NCBI RefSeq assembly: GCF_003918875.1
Contig: NW_025765669.1
Span: 310,001 to 374,000, forward strand
Direction of reading: 5' to 3'
DNA length: 64,000 bases
Origin: Haliotis rubra
Taxonomy: Eukaryota
Part shown: piece after piece, positions 27,801-37,943 of the stretch
Layout of the letters: each line of letters opens with the position of its first letter
Position numbering within the stretch: position 1 is the stretch's first letter
Translations under genes and position numbers: made by a program
Notes under the pieces: model-generated
Told to the model about the DNA's origin: nothing
The model's input: only the letters and a program-made list of their open reading frames with translations
The model's database searches: none

Positions 27801-30800
27801 ATAGCTTGGCACTTTGTTTCATCTAGATTTAATGCAGAAAAGATACGTGACCATACAAACATACATATATAAAATGTATACTACATATTCCTTGCATAGA
27901 CATAAAACAAAGGGTCACGTGATAGGGCGTCATCAAATTTCCTGAATAGAACGTTCGGTATCTCAACTGTTCAATATAGTGGCTGGTCATATGTTATCTG
28001 TGACCAATCGTATCATGAGATACCTGTCACAGAGGAAAGGACAGGTGATGGGGCGTGGGAGAAATTCCCGAAGAGCACGTTTGGTCACTCAACAGCTTGG
28101 ATAGACATTGATTATTGGCTATAACGTTGACCAGTCGATATACTGGGTTTCGGCTTTATCAACTCAAGCTATCATGTAACAGTTTGCGTCTTGTAAACAT
28201 ACACACTGGTAACGATGTATGAAATATACAAATAAGACAAATAGGAGTAGATAGACCACATTTTAGTGTTTTTCGATAAGTAAAACAAAGCGATTGAAAT
28301 CCAACCATTGAGTAGAGATAGTATTTATTTTCATATACATTTTACTCACACAACTAGTACATAAAACATAATGGTTTGCTGTACATGTGAATATAATCTT
28401 CACCTTGATACGAATGAATATCCAAACTAAAGTACACGTATTACAGAATTCACGAAATGACAGTATACTGAATTATTATAGTGTATAAACTTGCAGTTTT
28501 ATATTCGATTAGGTAACATTATCAACTTTAGATTATGGAAAATAACTATTTACAATTGAGTAAGCTTCCAATTAGTAAGTTAAATTATGCCTAATCTATT
28601 CGAGCTTGGATGTATAATTATTTGTGTTTATACATTATGTTTCATTATATGTAACATGACAACGTAATAATACCTAAAAAGTAAATTCAAACTAGTCTAT
28701 TGTGTTTGAATTCTTTGTATGTCCTTGAAATTTCGTATATTGTTTCCTATTTATTAGGAAGTTGAAGAAAATATAATCTTCAGTAACCTCTAAACCATTA
28801 CATCTAATTCAATCAATGTGCATACGAAGTATTTTAGTATCCATTTCCAATGAAGAGTACCAGACACTTACCTCTGTAAAAACATCATAATCCCCTTTCT
28901 CTCCGACATGTGTTCATTTGCCTAACGATGTACAAGCCTATATTCTGTTGACGAATATATGTGGCTCTCGCTGTGAGAAACTGCTAATTACCTACCTCAT
29001 AAACACGTCACTTGCTGTGATGAGCTGATTATTTTGCCCCATATATGTCTCTCTGCCTTAATGAGTTAACTTAGTTTGATAACTTTTACTAGCCATAAAA
29101 TTCCTCGAGAGTGCGATATGTTCTGTCTAAATTAATAAAATCACAAATTTGACTAACACCTCTCTCAAACCAAGCAGAACAGAAAATAACTTCTTTACCA
29201 ATTTTTAAGTGCTTGTTATAATAGATTGGTTCTGTGATAATTCATCAAATGAACATGGTTGAATCTTATGTGCAAACTTGTCAAAAGCAGAAATACAATC
29301 AAGCCAAAATTCATTCTCAATATCTTTGGAGAGTGTACCTGGAATTTTTTTTTACCAAATACAGCTACATTTTCCATTTTGGGGGAGGAAGCATAGCACA
29401 AACATTTCCATTTGGATTCATAGCCAATATCCAACAACTTGGTACTATTTAAACTTGGTGCCATCTGTTTTCAGGAAGGATCTTGCATCAAGACCACAAC
29501 TGAGCTTATCTACAGGTTCTTTGATTTTATAGAGAAACTCACTCCTAGTAAATTTGGTAAGTTGAATATCTGGAATGTGTATTTATTTGAAATTACACTT
29601 CTAATCCCAGATGGAACTCACACCCCCAGCTCAGCTCAGCTCGGCATCAAAACTTTGATGCTCCATAACATCATGCAAATTCTGAAGCCCCATATCAATC
29701 ATGTTTAGTAATTTCCTTGTTTCAAACAAAACTTCATCACAAGAGATCAGAATAGTAAAATCCATTCAATTTTACATACATTTTGTTTCAATGACTCACC
29801 TATTGTATAATTTTCATCATTGTGAGTCCAGAAAATTCTCAGTATGTATTTTTCTTTGTTCCAGTGGAAATCATGAGAAGCAACATAGTGGGGACGGTCA
29901 TCGTGTTGTCCTTGATCATCTGGGTACCAGCAAGCTGGGTATTCAGCTGTATAGTAAGTTCACAATCAAACAGATGCTCTACACACATGAGAGTCATCCT
30001 GCACATTAGCTGTCTTCTTTCCGACTGGGGAGGTGGGGTAGCCTAGTGGATAAAGCATTCATTCCTCATACCGAAGTGCTAGGTTCAATTCCCACATGGG
30101 TACAATGTGTGGAGCCTATTCCTGGTGTCCCCCGCCGTGATATCGCTGGAATATTGCTGACAGTGGGACAAAACTAAACTCACTCACTCACTCACTCATT
30201 CTTTCAAACCCAAATTACCCTTGTTTCATCTCTTTAATTACTGATTTCTTAATGATGCCAACATCAATATTAGAGATAGGTGGTGAGGTGGCCTAGTGGT
30301 TAATGCTTTCACTCATAATGCCAAAAACCCAGGTTTGATTCCCCACATGGGGCCAAGTTGTGAAGCCCATTTCTTGTGCCCCCCACCATGATATTGCTGG
30401 AATATTGCTAGAACTAAATTCACTCACTCAATCAGTATTATAGGGATGAAGCATGAACTTGCCAGCTAAAAATCATTCAAACATTTCTGAGTGAATATGC
30501 ATGTTAGAATAATTTCTGCAAATACAAAATCTATATTTACATGAGTTCCAGAAATCCTGTATTTGGCTTTTATCATTCTTTCCAAATCCTACGATTTTCA
30601 AAAGAGTTGCAATGAGCACTTCTTAAAAGGGGGCCTTGCTCCAGTATCTCATATGTTGATTTATTCAGTTCTCTTCAAGATGATACAGATTCAAATTTGT
30701 ATTTCAGGACAAGAGACAGGAAAGAGAGGATAAAGATTTGCGAGATTGGAAAGTGGTAAGTGGATGTTGCCGCCTTTAGTAGAAATGCAACTACCCAGTA

Positions 30801-32145
30801 TACCTGATGAACTGATGTACAGCCAGGGGACTGGGGTTAGGGTTTGTCTCCAGAACCCCATTGTTAGTCATGAGAGGTGACTTAGGTACACATAGATGTG
30901 TCATGGATATTATGTCAAGATGTGACATTAATACCATATAGAAAAATGACCAGTAGAGATATGTCGTGAATAACAGGAGAGATATGTCGTGAATTCCAGG
31001 AGAGATATGTCGTGAATAACAGGAGAGATATGTCGTGAATAACAGGAGAGATATGTCGTGAATACCAGGAGAGATATGTCATGAATACCAGGAGAGATAT
31101 GTCATGAATACCAGGAGAGATATGTCATGAATACAAGAGAGATATGTCGTGAATAACAGGAGAGATATGTCGTGAATACCAGGAGAGATATGTCATGAAT
31201 ACCAGGAGAGATATGTCATGAATACCAGGAGAGATATGTCATGAATACCAGTAGAGATATGTCATGAATAACAGGAGAGATATGTCGTGAATACCAGAAG
31301 AGATATGTCATGAATACAAGAGAGATATGTCATGAATAACAGGAGAGATATGTCATGAATAACAAGAGAGATATGTCATGCATACAAGGAGAGAGATGTC
31401 GTGAATACCAGGAGAGATATGTCATGAATAACAAGAGAGATATGTCATGCATACAAGGAGAGAGATGTCGTGAATACCAGGAGAGATATGTCGTGAATAA
31501 CAGAAGAGATATGTCATGAATACCAGGAGAGATATGTCGTGAATAACAGGAGAGATATGTCATGAATAACAGGAGAGATATGTCATGAATACAAGAGAGA
31601 TATGTCATGAATACCACATAGAAAAATGAAAGAATACCAGTAGAGATATGTCATGAATAACAGTAGTGCTATGTCAAGAATACCAGCAGAGCTGTCAAGA
31701 ATACCAGTAGATATATGTCATCAATACCACTAGAGATATGTCAATACCACTAGATATATGTCATCAATACCACTAGAGATATGTTATCAATACCATGTAG
31801 TTATGTCACGAACACCACATAGAGATATATAATGAATACCATGTAGAGACTTTTTGAGAAATGACATGAAAATGATGTAGAGATATTTATTATAAATACA
31901 GTAGTGATTTGTCATGAACACCAGTAAAGTTATACACTGACCATAAGAGCTGACTTATCATCTTGTTTACACCAGGTGAAGATAAAGGCTTATAATGATG
32001 TTTTTCTCGGCAGAGTCGCTACCTTATATCCCATGATGAAGTCTTGGAGAGAAACATACATGTGTCAACAATCCGGCGCCTAGGCCCGACCGATGCCACC
32101 AAGGAGGGCCTTGTCCCAATCCACAGGATCAGTCCAGTCCATTGA
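759..32145 (+). CDS. ADAM17: ADAM17/TACE-like disintegrin and metalloproteinase, 23 exons, about 730 aa; two apparent +1 frameshifts in exons 10 and 14
   Basis: Exons 759-810, 1669-1795, 3070-3203, 3466-3551, 6194-6306, 6616-6701, 7262-7389, 11182-11274, 12623-12718, 13170-13309, 14617-14727, 16823-16828, 17696-17814, 18760-18830, 19645-19771, 20863-20964, 21436-21498, 22712-22785, 25334-25449, 29475-29556, 29865-29953, 30708-30755, 32014-32145. All introns are GT-AG, with matching phases apart from the two frameshifts. Signal peptide, prodomain, RQKR furin site, [20 protein letters not shown], Met-turn YIMYP, disintegrin [21 protein letters not shown] (CANDIS-like) and [18 protein letters not shown] favour ADAM17 over ADAM10. 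Confidence 0.9.
1669..1795 (+). CDS. ADAM17: ADAM17-like exon 2 (prodomain [24 protein letters not shown])
   Basis: tttacag| and |gtatga; resembles ADAM10/17 prodomain. Confidence 0.85.
2692..3054 (+). mobile_element. tRNA-headed SINE with Meta/MESC-like core; TSD ccttgtgtgttt
   Basis: A and B boxes, (TCACC)n tail, TSD 2678-2689 and 3055-3066; core assignment from memory of mollusc SINEs. Confidence 0.8.
3070..3203 (+). CDS. ADAM17: ADAM17-like exon 3 ([17 protein letters not shown])
   Basis: tttcag| and |gtttgt; FYTG prodomain motif. Confidence 0.85.
3466..3551 (+). CDS. ADAM17: ADAM17-like exon 4 ([19 protein letters not shown])
   Basis: Splice sites and phase; Y-x-V-E|P prodomain motif. 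Confidence 0.85.
3740..4523. mobile_element. hAT-like non-autonomous element (8-bp TSD aagcccac) with two nested family A SINEs
   Basis: tagg..ccta ends; TSD 3732-3739 and 4524-4531; internal ctattgcga repeats. Confidence 0.65.
4970..5244 (-). mobile_element. About 260-bp repeat with an internal tRNA-like segment, bounded by a 16-bp direct repeat
   Basis: aacttcaagaatgatg at both ends; further copies within 24610-25262 (three, mixed orientation) and 59243-59340. Confidence 0.65.
5813..6140. mobile_element. PIF/Harbinger-like MITE, TSD TTA
   Basis: About 30-bp imperfect TIR ggccaga..ttatttcttgtttta; second copy at 37629-37943. Confidence 0.8.
6194..6306 (+). CDS. ADAM17: ADAM17-like exon 5 ([17 protein letters not shown]..)
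   Basis: Splice sites, phase, PSWRH and YRxSD motifs. Confidence 0.88.
6616..6701 (+). CDS. ADAM17: ADAM17-like exon 6 (cysteine-switch region SMCES, acidic linker)
   Basis: ttccag| and G|gtgtgt; phases 2 and 1 bridge exons 5 and 7. Confidence 0.75.
7262..7389 (+). CDS. ADAM17: ADAM17-like exon 7 (RQKR furin site, [15 protein letters not shown])
   Basis: Start of catalytic domain; canonical splice sites. Confidence 0.9.
7907..10925. repeat. 40-bp minisatellite, roughly 75 units
   Basis: Unit gctgatcttactagaccagaagaaatatggactgttataa; some scrambled stretches. Confidence 0.97.
10981..11175. repeat. 36-bp tandem repeat, about 5 units, abutting the exon 8 acceptor
   Basis: aaaagtgtggctatcactcactacaggtttgtgtgt. 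Confidence 0.95.
11182..11274 (+). CDS. ADAM17: ADAM17-like exon 8 ([24 protein letters not shown])
   Basis: Resembles ADAM17 IDRVDDIYRNT..GYGIQI; splice sites. Confidence 0.9.
12623..12718 (+). CDS. ADAM17: ADAM17-like exon 9 (..[15 protein letters not shown])
   Basis: ADAM17-type HYNM and WD..LL motifs. Confidence 0.9.
13170..13309 (+). CDS. ADAM17: ADAM17-like exon 10 ([26 protein letters not shown] / GTVGGICSQ), one extra base near 13278-13281
   Basis: Conserved motifs lie in two different frames. Confidence 0.88.
14251..14581. mobile_element. hAT-like MITE, 8-bp TSD cattacac
   Basis: TIR cagtgtaagaaatag / ctattttgcacactg. Confidence 0.8.
14617..14727 (+). CDS. ADAM17: ADAM17-like exon 11 (..[16 protein letters not shown], first Zn ligand)
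   Basis: Resembles ADAM17 YLNSG..EADLVTTH; donor G|gtaggt. Confidence 0.9.
14717..16460 (+). repeat. 24-bp minisatellite derived from the exon 11 end plus donor site, interrupted at 15967-16164
   Basis: Unit tacagctcat(g/a)gtaggt(a/g)cct(g/c)t(g/c). Confidence 0.97.
15967..16164. mobile_element. About 195-bp element with inverted repeat and 3' hairpin (Helentron/HINE-like or MITE) inserted in the 24-bp array
   Basis: tagtctgt / acagacta, then hairpin agactaa-gcc-ttagtct; second copy 37001-37189. Confidence 0.65.
16823..16828 (+). CDS. ADAM17: ADAM17-like exon 12: 6-nt micro-exon AATTCG giving E-F-G of HEFGH
   Basis: caacag|AATTCG|gtaagt; exactly fills the gap between CAT G and GT CAT AAC TGG. 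Confidence 0.85.
17385..17665. repeat. 27-bp minisatellite rich in GTAAG motifs
   Basis: Unit gtaaggatgtgtctgtaagtatatatg. Confidence 0.9.
17696..17814 (+). CDS. ADAM17: ADAM17-like exon 13 ([26 protein letters not shown])
   Basis: Second and third Zn-binding His, Met-turn. Confidence 0.93.
17877..18119 (+). mobile_element. Family B element, full length; TSD ccatgcaataaac
   Basis: TSD 17864-17876 and 18120-18132. Confidence 0.85.
18760..18830 (+). CDS. ADAM17: ADAM17-like exon 14 ([11 protein letters not shown] / [12 protein letters not shown]), one extra base near 18791-18794
   Basis: FSxCS and K..CF motifs in different frames. Confidence 0.85.
19645..19771 (+). CDS. ADAM17: ADAM17-like exon 15 (disintegrin [18 protein letters not shown])
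   Basis: Disintegrin cysteine pattern. Confidence 0.92.
19930..20052. repeat. (CACAT)n/(CACT)n microsatellite grown from a SINE tail
   Basis: Direct reading. Confidence 0.85.
20228..20581 (+). mobile_element. Second full copy of the Meta/MESC-like SINE; TSD gatatgtgc
   Basis: Near-identical to 2692-3054; partial copy about 17120-17315; diverged minus-strand relative about 58130-58335. Confidence 0.8.
20863..20964 (+). CDS. ADAM17: ADAM17-like exon 16 (disintegrin [17 protein letters not shown])
   Basis: Cysteine pattern; ends at U12-type donor gtatcctt. Confidence 0.9.
20965..21435 (+). other. U12-type (minor spliceosome) GT-AG intron
   Basis: 5' site GTATCCTT; branch TTTTCCTTAAT at 21415-21425, about 10 nt before the AG; no long pyrimidine tract. 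Confidence 0.88.
21436..21498 (+). CDS. ADAM17: ADAM17-like exon 17 ([16 protein letters not shown])
   Basis: G..CP..T.C pattern; phases match. Confidence 0.88.
22441..22609. mobile_element. Short palindromic MITE
   Basis: About 30-bp TIR gggcccgtttcacaaagctcttgtaagccta / taggcttacgagagctttgtgaatcggggg. Confidence 0.7.
22712..22785 (+). CDS. ADAM17: ADAM17-like exon 18 ([17 protein letters not shown])
   Basis: Membrane-proximal domain cysteine pattern. Confidence 0.9.
25334..25449 (+). CDS. ADAM17: ADAM17-like exon 19 ([15 protein letters not shown])
   Basis: CxxCC and G.PC..G.C motifs. Confidence 0.9.
25600..25840 (+). mobile_element. SINE fragment with Nin/Deu-like core and (TAA)n tail
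   Basis: gtgaatgggtacc..ggctgc..gggag..gcgctatataaat(aat)n; relatives near 5615-5800, 51775-51960 and 18140-18270 (-). Confidence 0.55.
25960..26299. mobile_element. MITE with cagtgtttgcc TIR
   Basis: 11-bp perfect TIR; no clear TSD. Confidence 0.5.
26314..27260 (-). mobile_element. 5'-truncated LINE (L1/Tx1-like ORF2 C-terminus with CCHC zinc-binding region) with AATAAA and poly(A)
   Basis: ORF 26507-27214: [26 protein letters not shown]; T-run at 26315-26323 with tttatt nearby. Confidence 0.8.
29475..29556 (+). CDS. ADAM17: ADAM17-like exon 20 ([20 protein letters not shown]-like stalk)
   Basis: Resembles ADAM17 RFWDFIDQL. Confidence 0.88.
29865..29953 (+). CDS. ADAM17: ADAM17-like exon 21 (transmembrane helix)
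   Basis: [24 protein letters not shown] resembles ADAM17 NIVGSVLVFSLIFWIP. Confidence 0.9.
30708..30755 (+). CDS. ADAM17: ADAM17-like exon 22 (juxtamembrane [16 protein letters not shown])
   Basis: DK follows the TM as in ADAM17; tttcag| and |gtaagt. Confidence 0.8.
30950..31850. repeat. 23-bp minisatellite
   Basis: Unit atgtc(g/a)tgaata(a/c)caggagagat, degenerating at the 3' end. Confidence 0.95.
32014..32145 (+). CDS. ADAM17: ADAM17-like exon 23 (short cytoplasmic tail, TGA 32143-32145)
   Basis: Acceptor tttttctcggcag, open phase-0 frame of 43 codons; no homology support. Confidence 0.6.
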   Translation, partial: SRYLISHDEVLERNIHVSTIRRLGPTDATKEGLVPIHRISPVH

Positions 32146-33207
32146 GAAGGAATCCAGAGTTTGATCACTGAATGCAGCATAGCTTACATTAATCAAAGAA
32201 AAAAGAGTGGGCATATGTCCTTCACATGTTGTTTGTGCAATGGTTGGTTGTGCATGTGTGAAACATTCACAGATAATGCACTGATAGCTCCATGTTTGAC
32301 AAACACTTGCAAGAGGTCTGACTGCACAGATTTGATGTAGATTTGACATCTGAACTGTGAGTCTATGTTGGGCTAAATGTCAACATTCTTGTGGACACAT
32401 CATAAAGCTGGGTAAGCATTGCCCACTGGTCTCTCACATGTTGAAACTTGCTTGACAGAGTGGTGTCCCTTTACCTTGTCAGAATCTGCTGATCATGGGA
32501 CTAAATCCCATATTGATCTTCATTATCCTTCATCAGCTGTGTACCTGGTTAGTTGGTTTCACCAAAGTGGTAGACATCAGTCAGCTGCATCACTTTGGGC
32601 TGTTGGGACCAGTAGCTGACGCACAGTGATGTTGCTGAAATATTCACTTCATCATCACAAGTTATTTCTTTGTGATAACTGTAATTTTCATTCTCACTCA
32701 ACGTTATTGTTACTGATATTTGTCAAGACAATAAGAACTTTCACAGATAATCTCCCAACTTGGTACAAAGATTGAAATATAGAAATGTGAACAAAAATCG
32801 TGAAATCAAAAACAGTGGGCTTCTCATTTACAAACCAGAAGTAAATACAAGGTTAAAAAAAATACTTTTTGCTATCAGTATTAAATTATTAAAATACATG
32901 TACTACAATCAAAACATGTAGAAATTTATCTTCCTCAATTGTTTCTTATTTGTATTTAAATATAAAAAAATCTATTTATTAAATTTTGAGAATAGAAATC
33001 AAGATATATTATTATTGTTGTTATTTAAGCGTACCTATTAGGGTGTTTGGGGAAAAACGTCCCCCAATCCCCTAAGAGAGTGCTTTTTTACTCTATGCAC
33101 TGGTTAAATTGGATATTCGAAGTGAAGCAGGAGAGAAAAAATGAAAACTTTACTTTTAGCACAAATGAAAATACAGCTTATTTATAAAACGTTGTTCTGA
33201 TGATAGA

Positions 33208-33477
33208 GTGAGTGAGTGAGTTTAGTTTTAAGCCGCACTCAGCAATATTCCAGCTATATGGCGGCGGTCTGTAAATAATCGAGTCTGGACCAGACAATCC
33301 AGTGATCAACAGCATGAGCATCGATCTGCGCAATTGGGAACCGATGACATGTGTCAACCAAGTCAGCGAAACTGACCACCCGATCCCGTTAGTCGCCTCT
33401 TACGACAAGATAGTCGCCTTTTTATGGCAAGCACATGGGTTGCTGAAGACCTATTCTACCCCGGATCTTCACGGGTC
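33208..33477 (-). mobile_element. Non-tRNA-headed SINE-like retroelement, family B, full length with duplicated head hairpin; TSD tctgatgataga
   Basis: Shares the 3' tail with family A. Further copies near 17877, 18360, 23085, 24319, 41030, 42788, 52390, 54945, 60883 (+) and 20600, 38452, 40225, 41410, 42090, 45105, 45295, 58050, 59410, 61215 (-). Confidence 0.85.
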
Positions 33478-33589
33478 TCTGATGATAGAAATTGTCTTAG
33501 CTATATGTAAAAGCCTGGAGTTGTTCTGTAGCCATTGATCTATGCAATATGATTTCCATGTGAAATGTTAAGTGGCCATAATATAGGTA

Positions 33590-35160
33590 CAGCATAGATA
33601 GAGCATAAATGTAGTATTGATATAGCATAGGTGCAGAGATATGGTATAGGTGCAGAGATATGGCATAGGTGGAGAGTTAAAAAACTTGATGTAGATACAG
33701 TGTTTGCTATAGCTTAGGTGCAGGATTTAAAAAATGTAACTGATGTATTTTTTTTATCTGGAATGGATGCTGTATATGATATAACATAGGTGCAGTATCC
33801 GATATAACATAGGTGCAGTATCCGATATAACATAAGTGCAGTATCTGATATAACATAGGTGCAGTATCCAATATAACATAAGTGCAGTATCTGATATAAC
33901 ATAGGTGCAGTATCTGATATAACATAGGTGCAGTATCTGATATAACATAAGTGCAGTATCCGATATAACATAGGTGCAGTATCCGATATAACATAGGTGC
34001 AGTATCTTATATAACATAGATCTATCTGATATAACATAAGTGCAGTATCTGATATAACATAAGTGCAGTATCTGATATAATATAGGTGCAGTATCCAATA
34101 TAACATAGGTGCAGTATCCAATATAACATAGATCTATCTGATATAACATAGATGCAGTATCTAATATAACATGGATGCTGTATCTGATATAACATAAGTG
34201 CAGTATCTGATATAACATAGGTGCAGTATCCGATATAACATAAGTGCAGTATCTGATATAATATAAGTGCATTATCTGATATAACATAGATCTATCTGAT
34301 ATAACATAGGTGCAGTATCCAATATAACAAGTGCAGTATCCGATATAATGTAAGTGCAGTATCTGATATAACATAAGTGCAGTATCTGATATAACATAGG
34401 TGCAGTATCCGATATAACATAGATCTATCTGATATAACAGATGCAGTATCTAATATAACATAGATGCAGTATCTGATATAACATAGGTGTGGTATCCATA
34501 TAACAGAGGCAGTATATGATATAACATAGATGCACTATCTGATATAACAGATGCAGTATCAATATAACAGAGGCGGTATATGATATAACAGATGCAGTAT
34601 CCATATAACAGATGCAGTATCCATATAACAGATTTATCTGATATAACATAGATGCAGTATCTGATATAAGATAGGTGCAGTATATGATATAACATAGATG
34701 CAGTATCCATATAACAGAGGCAGTATGATCTAACATAGATGCAGTATCCATATAACAGATTTATCTGATATAACATAGATGCAGTATCTGATATAAGATA
34801 GATGCAGTATCCATATAACAGATGCAGTATGATATAACAGATGCAGTATCCATATAACAGATGCAGTATGATATAACATGCAGTATCCATATAACAGATC
34901 TATCTGATATAACAGACGCAGTATCTAATATAAGATAGATGCAGTATATGATATAACATAGATGCAGTATCCATATAACAGGCAGTATGATATAACAGAT
35001 GCAGTATCCATATAACAGATCTATCTGATATAACATAGATGCAGTATCTGATATAACATAGATGCAGTATCCATATAACAGAGGCAGTATATGATATAAC
35101 AGATGCAGTATCCATATAACACAGATGAAGTATTTGATATAGCATAGATACAACAGTATA
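33590..35160. repeat. 19-23-bp minisatellite
   Basis: Unit atataacataggtgcagtatctg and shorter variants. Confidence 0.95.
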
Positions 35161-37628
35161 TTTTACAGCATAAGTAGAGTATTTGAGACAGCAAAGATCT
35201 AGTATTGAATCGCATGAACATAGTAATGCATTCATGCAGTGTTTGGTCCAGATGCAGTATTTGATACAGGAGTGATGCAGTATTGTTATAGCATAGATGA
35301 TGGGCCATTATTCCAATATTCAGTCAAGATGCTGTGTATATTAGAGCATTGATGCAATATATGGAATAAAGACATGATCAACACAGCATAAATCTGTTCA
35401 ACACACAGCAGGGATCAAATTTGTGTAGCATAGATTTTATGTTAAAATCATAGGTTTAATATAGGATATAAGTCTTGCATGAATGTTGAATATATATGTA
35501 TATAGGTTGTACAAAATATTATATTTAAGCCTGGTTCGAGAATATCTGAGTTCTGATGCATTGTGGGTTCAGCAGTATAGCAGGGTAATTATGTATACGA
35601 GGGATGCTATAATGAGGCAACCAGTACTGTACTACTTGCAAGGTTCCAGTTTCAATACTTTGTTATGCAAGGGCTTTATTGTGATACAAATTCATAATTG
35701 TAGAATTAGGATGAAATAGATAAATATGAAGACCAGTTTAAATGTCCAACAGAGAAGTCAATACATACATTATGTTAAAGTCAGGTATCTGTATATACAT
35801 CAAGTGAATACTCTCTACGACACATGGTTTGTTATCATACTCTATGTCTATGGCATGCGGAGTGTTGAATGTAGAATAAAGAAACATTTTGATGGACACC
35901 AGATTGTGTGTTTGATAACTATACTGTACCATGTTCAATTTAGCACCTTGCTTTAATTTAGCACAAATCAGCTTGGATGTATTTACCGACATCCAAATTG
36001 AAGTGTCCCTCTGACTGAGACCCCAATACCACTTTCTACATCTGTACATCTAACTGTTATCATGGGTTATGCCCACTTCAGGATAAAGATACAAAATTAT
36101 ATATAATTATCTCAGATTCTCAATAAGCTGGCAGATTTGTATGTATATATATAGGGAGGTGGTGAGGACCAGCAATTAGATGATAACTGTGTTCAGAATA
36201 ACACAATTCAGCTGTATTCAATACATAAAATCTTGATGAAATGTTTTGAGACTTATGCTTATCTCCCTTTATTCAGGGTCATTTGTGTATTTATTTAATC
36301 TATGGGAAGTTGTTCATACAAGAGGCAACAGGCTTGTCTTATTGCTGCTTATTTTGGTGTGCTTGTGCTATATTTGGCCATGTGCTTGTTATAGGTTTGT
36401 AGAGTAGAAAACGGTTTTATCGTGTGATGCAGAATATTTGAAAGTGCTGGCACATGTGTTCGTTTGTGCCTCAGGTGGCTCACCTAAATACCATGCACAG
36501 TTCAAATGGGCATTATTTGATTGTCATAGTTTGGTATGACACATGGAATCAAACCACAGAGGATGCGAGCTCTGGACACACACCCCTAACCACTACACCA
36601 TCTACGTGATAAACTTGATAGATTGTCTTTGTTGATTCTTATCAAATAACATGTTTATCTCGTGTGATATAAAAACATGTGCTAATTGTGTCATGTAACA
36701 ATAACATTTTTGTATTACTGACATTTTCAGTTAGTTTTCTTAATTTTCTTCTTTGAAATGACAATGGGTAATTCAGAAAAGAACAAAACCCTGAAATGTT
36801 TAATAACAGATTATGTGCCTCTCATATATGATTAGAATATCTGTTAGAACATGAATTTCATAGAACATCCTTCATGATCATTTTACTTCTGTGTTTATTT
36901 AGTTGATTTACATATTTAAAAACGAAAATGTATAGTCCATGGTAAAAACATCTGTGCTTGTAGGTTTTTGCCAAAGTGGTCAAGACCTGTATCACCTGTC
37001 TAGTCTGTCTCACAGTGCCTGAACCACATTATTTTCCCTACTGCCTAGCCCTGCAATGCTAACACCCTAAATGAATCAAGTCTAGATTTCCTAGTTAATC
37101 TCCCATTGTACTGGGGCTCCTTTTCCATATAAATTGGTTTATTTGCTGCTATCAAAATTATATATATTCAGAGACTAAGCATTAGTCTACACTTTTGCTT
37201 TCATCCTACATTAATCAGACAAAAAGTAAAATTGTTTGAAAAATTATCTATAGTCATGTAAAAAAATGAGTGATTAGAGTAACATTTATATTGATGTATG
37301 CCAACTTGCACACATCCTAGATAACTCCAAGTTATCAAGGATGACTTGCATAATGAAACCTTTTTATTCTTCTCTGATCTCTGGACATGTCTTGTTACAT
37401 GTTCAACTTCAACTTATTTTTATCATGGTAACAAAGATATTATACAATAAGATTTGGGGGAAATTGTTTTTTTCTGTTGATCTTAATTAATTTTTAACAT
37501 GAAACAAATACTCTTGTGCTTTGTGATCAAAACTGTTTTCTGAGATTGTTTAAGGATTCACTTTTTAAGGGTCCTTTTAAAATCAAACTTAGAGAATAGT
37601 CTCATGATAAGAAGGGTAATAGTGCTAA

Positions 37629-37943
37629 GGCCAGACCAATATTATTTCATGTTTTACATATTTTTGTCCTCATAAAACCTACAGGCAGGAGGGAAATAAA
37701 TAAAAATCACAGTCAAAGTAATATTACATTTAAATACTAAAAGTGTTTACTTTTGGCAATTTATGAAGTGTATATGGGTCAAAAAACGATCCAACATTTT
37801 TGGGGGGTAAGTTTACATTTTTGGCCAATAAAAACATTAGGATTCTATTTTTTGAGTGGGGAATTTTTTATATATATATATTATTATTCTTGAAAAAATA
37901 CGACCGACAGATCCGTAAAACAAGAAATAAAATTGGTCTGGCC
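37629..37943. mobile_element. PIF/Harbinger-like MITE, TSD TAA
   Basis: TIR ggccagaccaat / attggtctggcc; homologous to 5813-6140. Confidence 0.8.

Noticed and set aside
33707-35308. Cys/Tyr-rich ORFs on the minus strand
   Set aside because: Translations of a 19-23-bp minisatellite.
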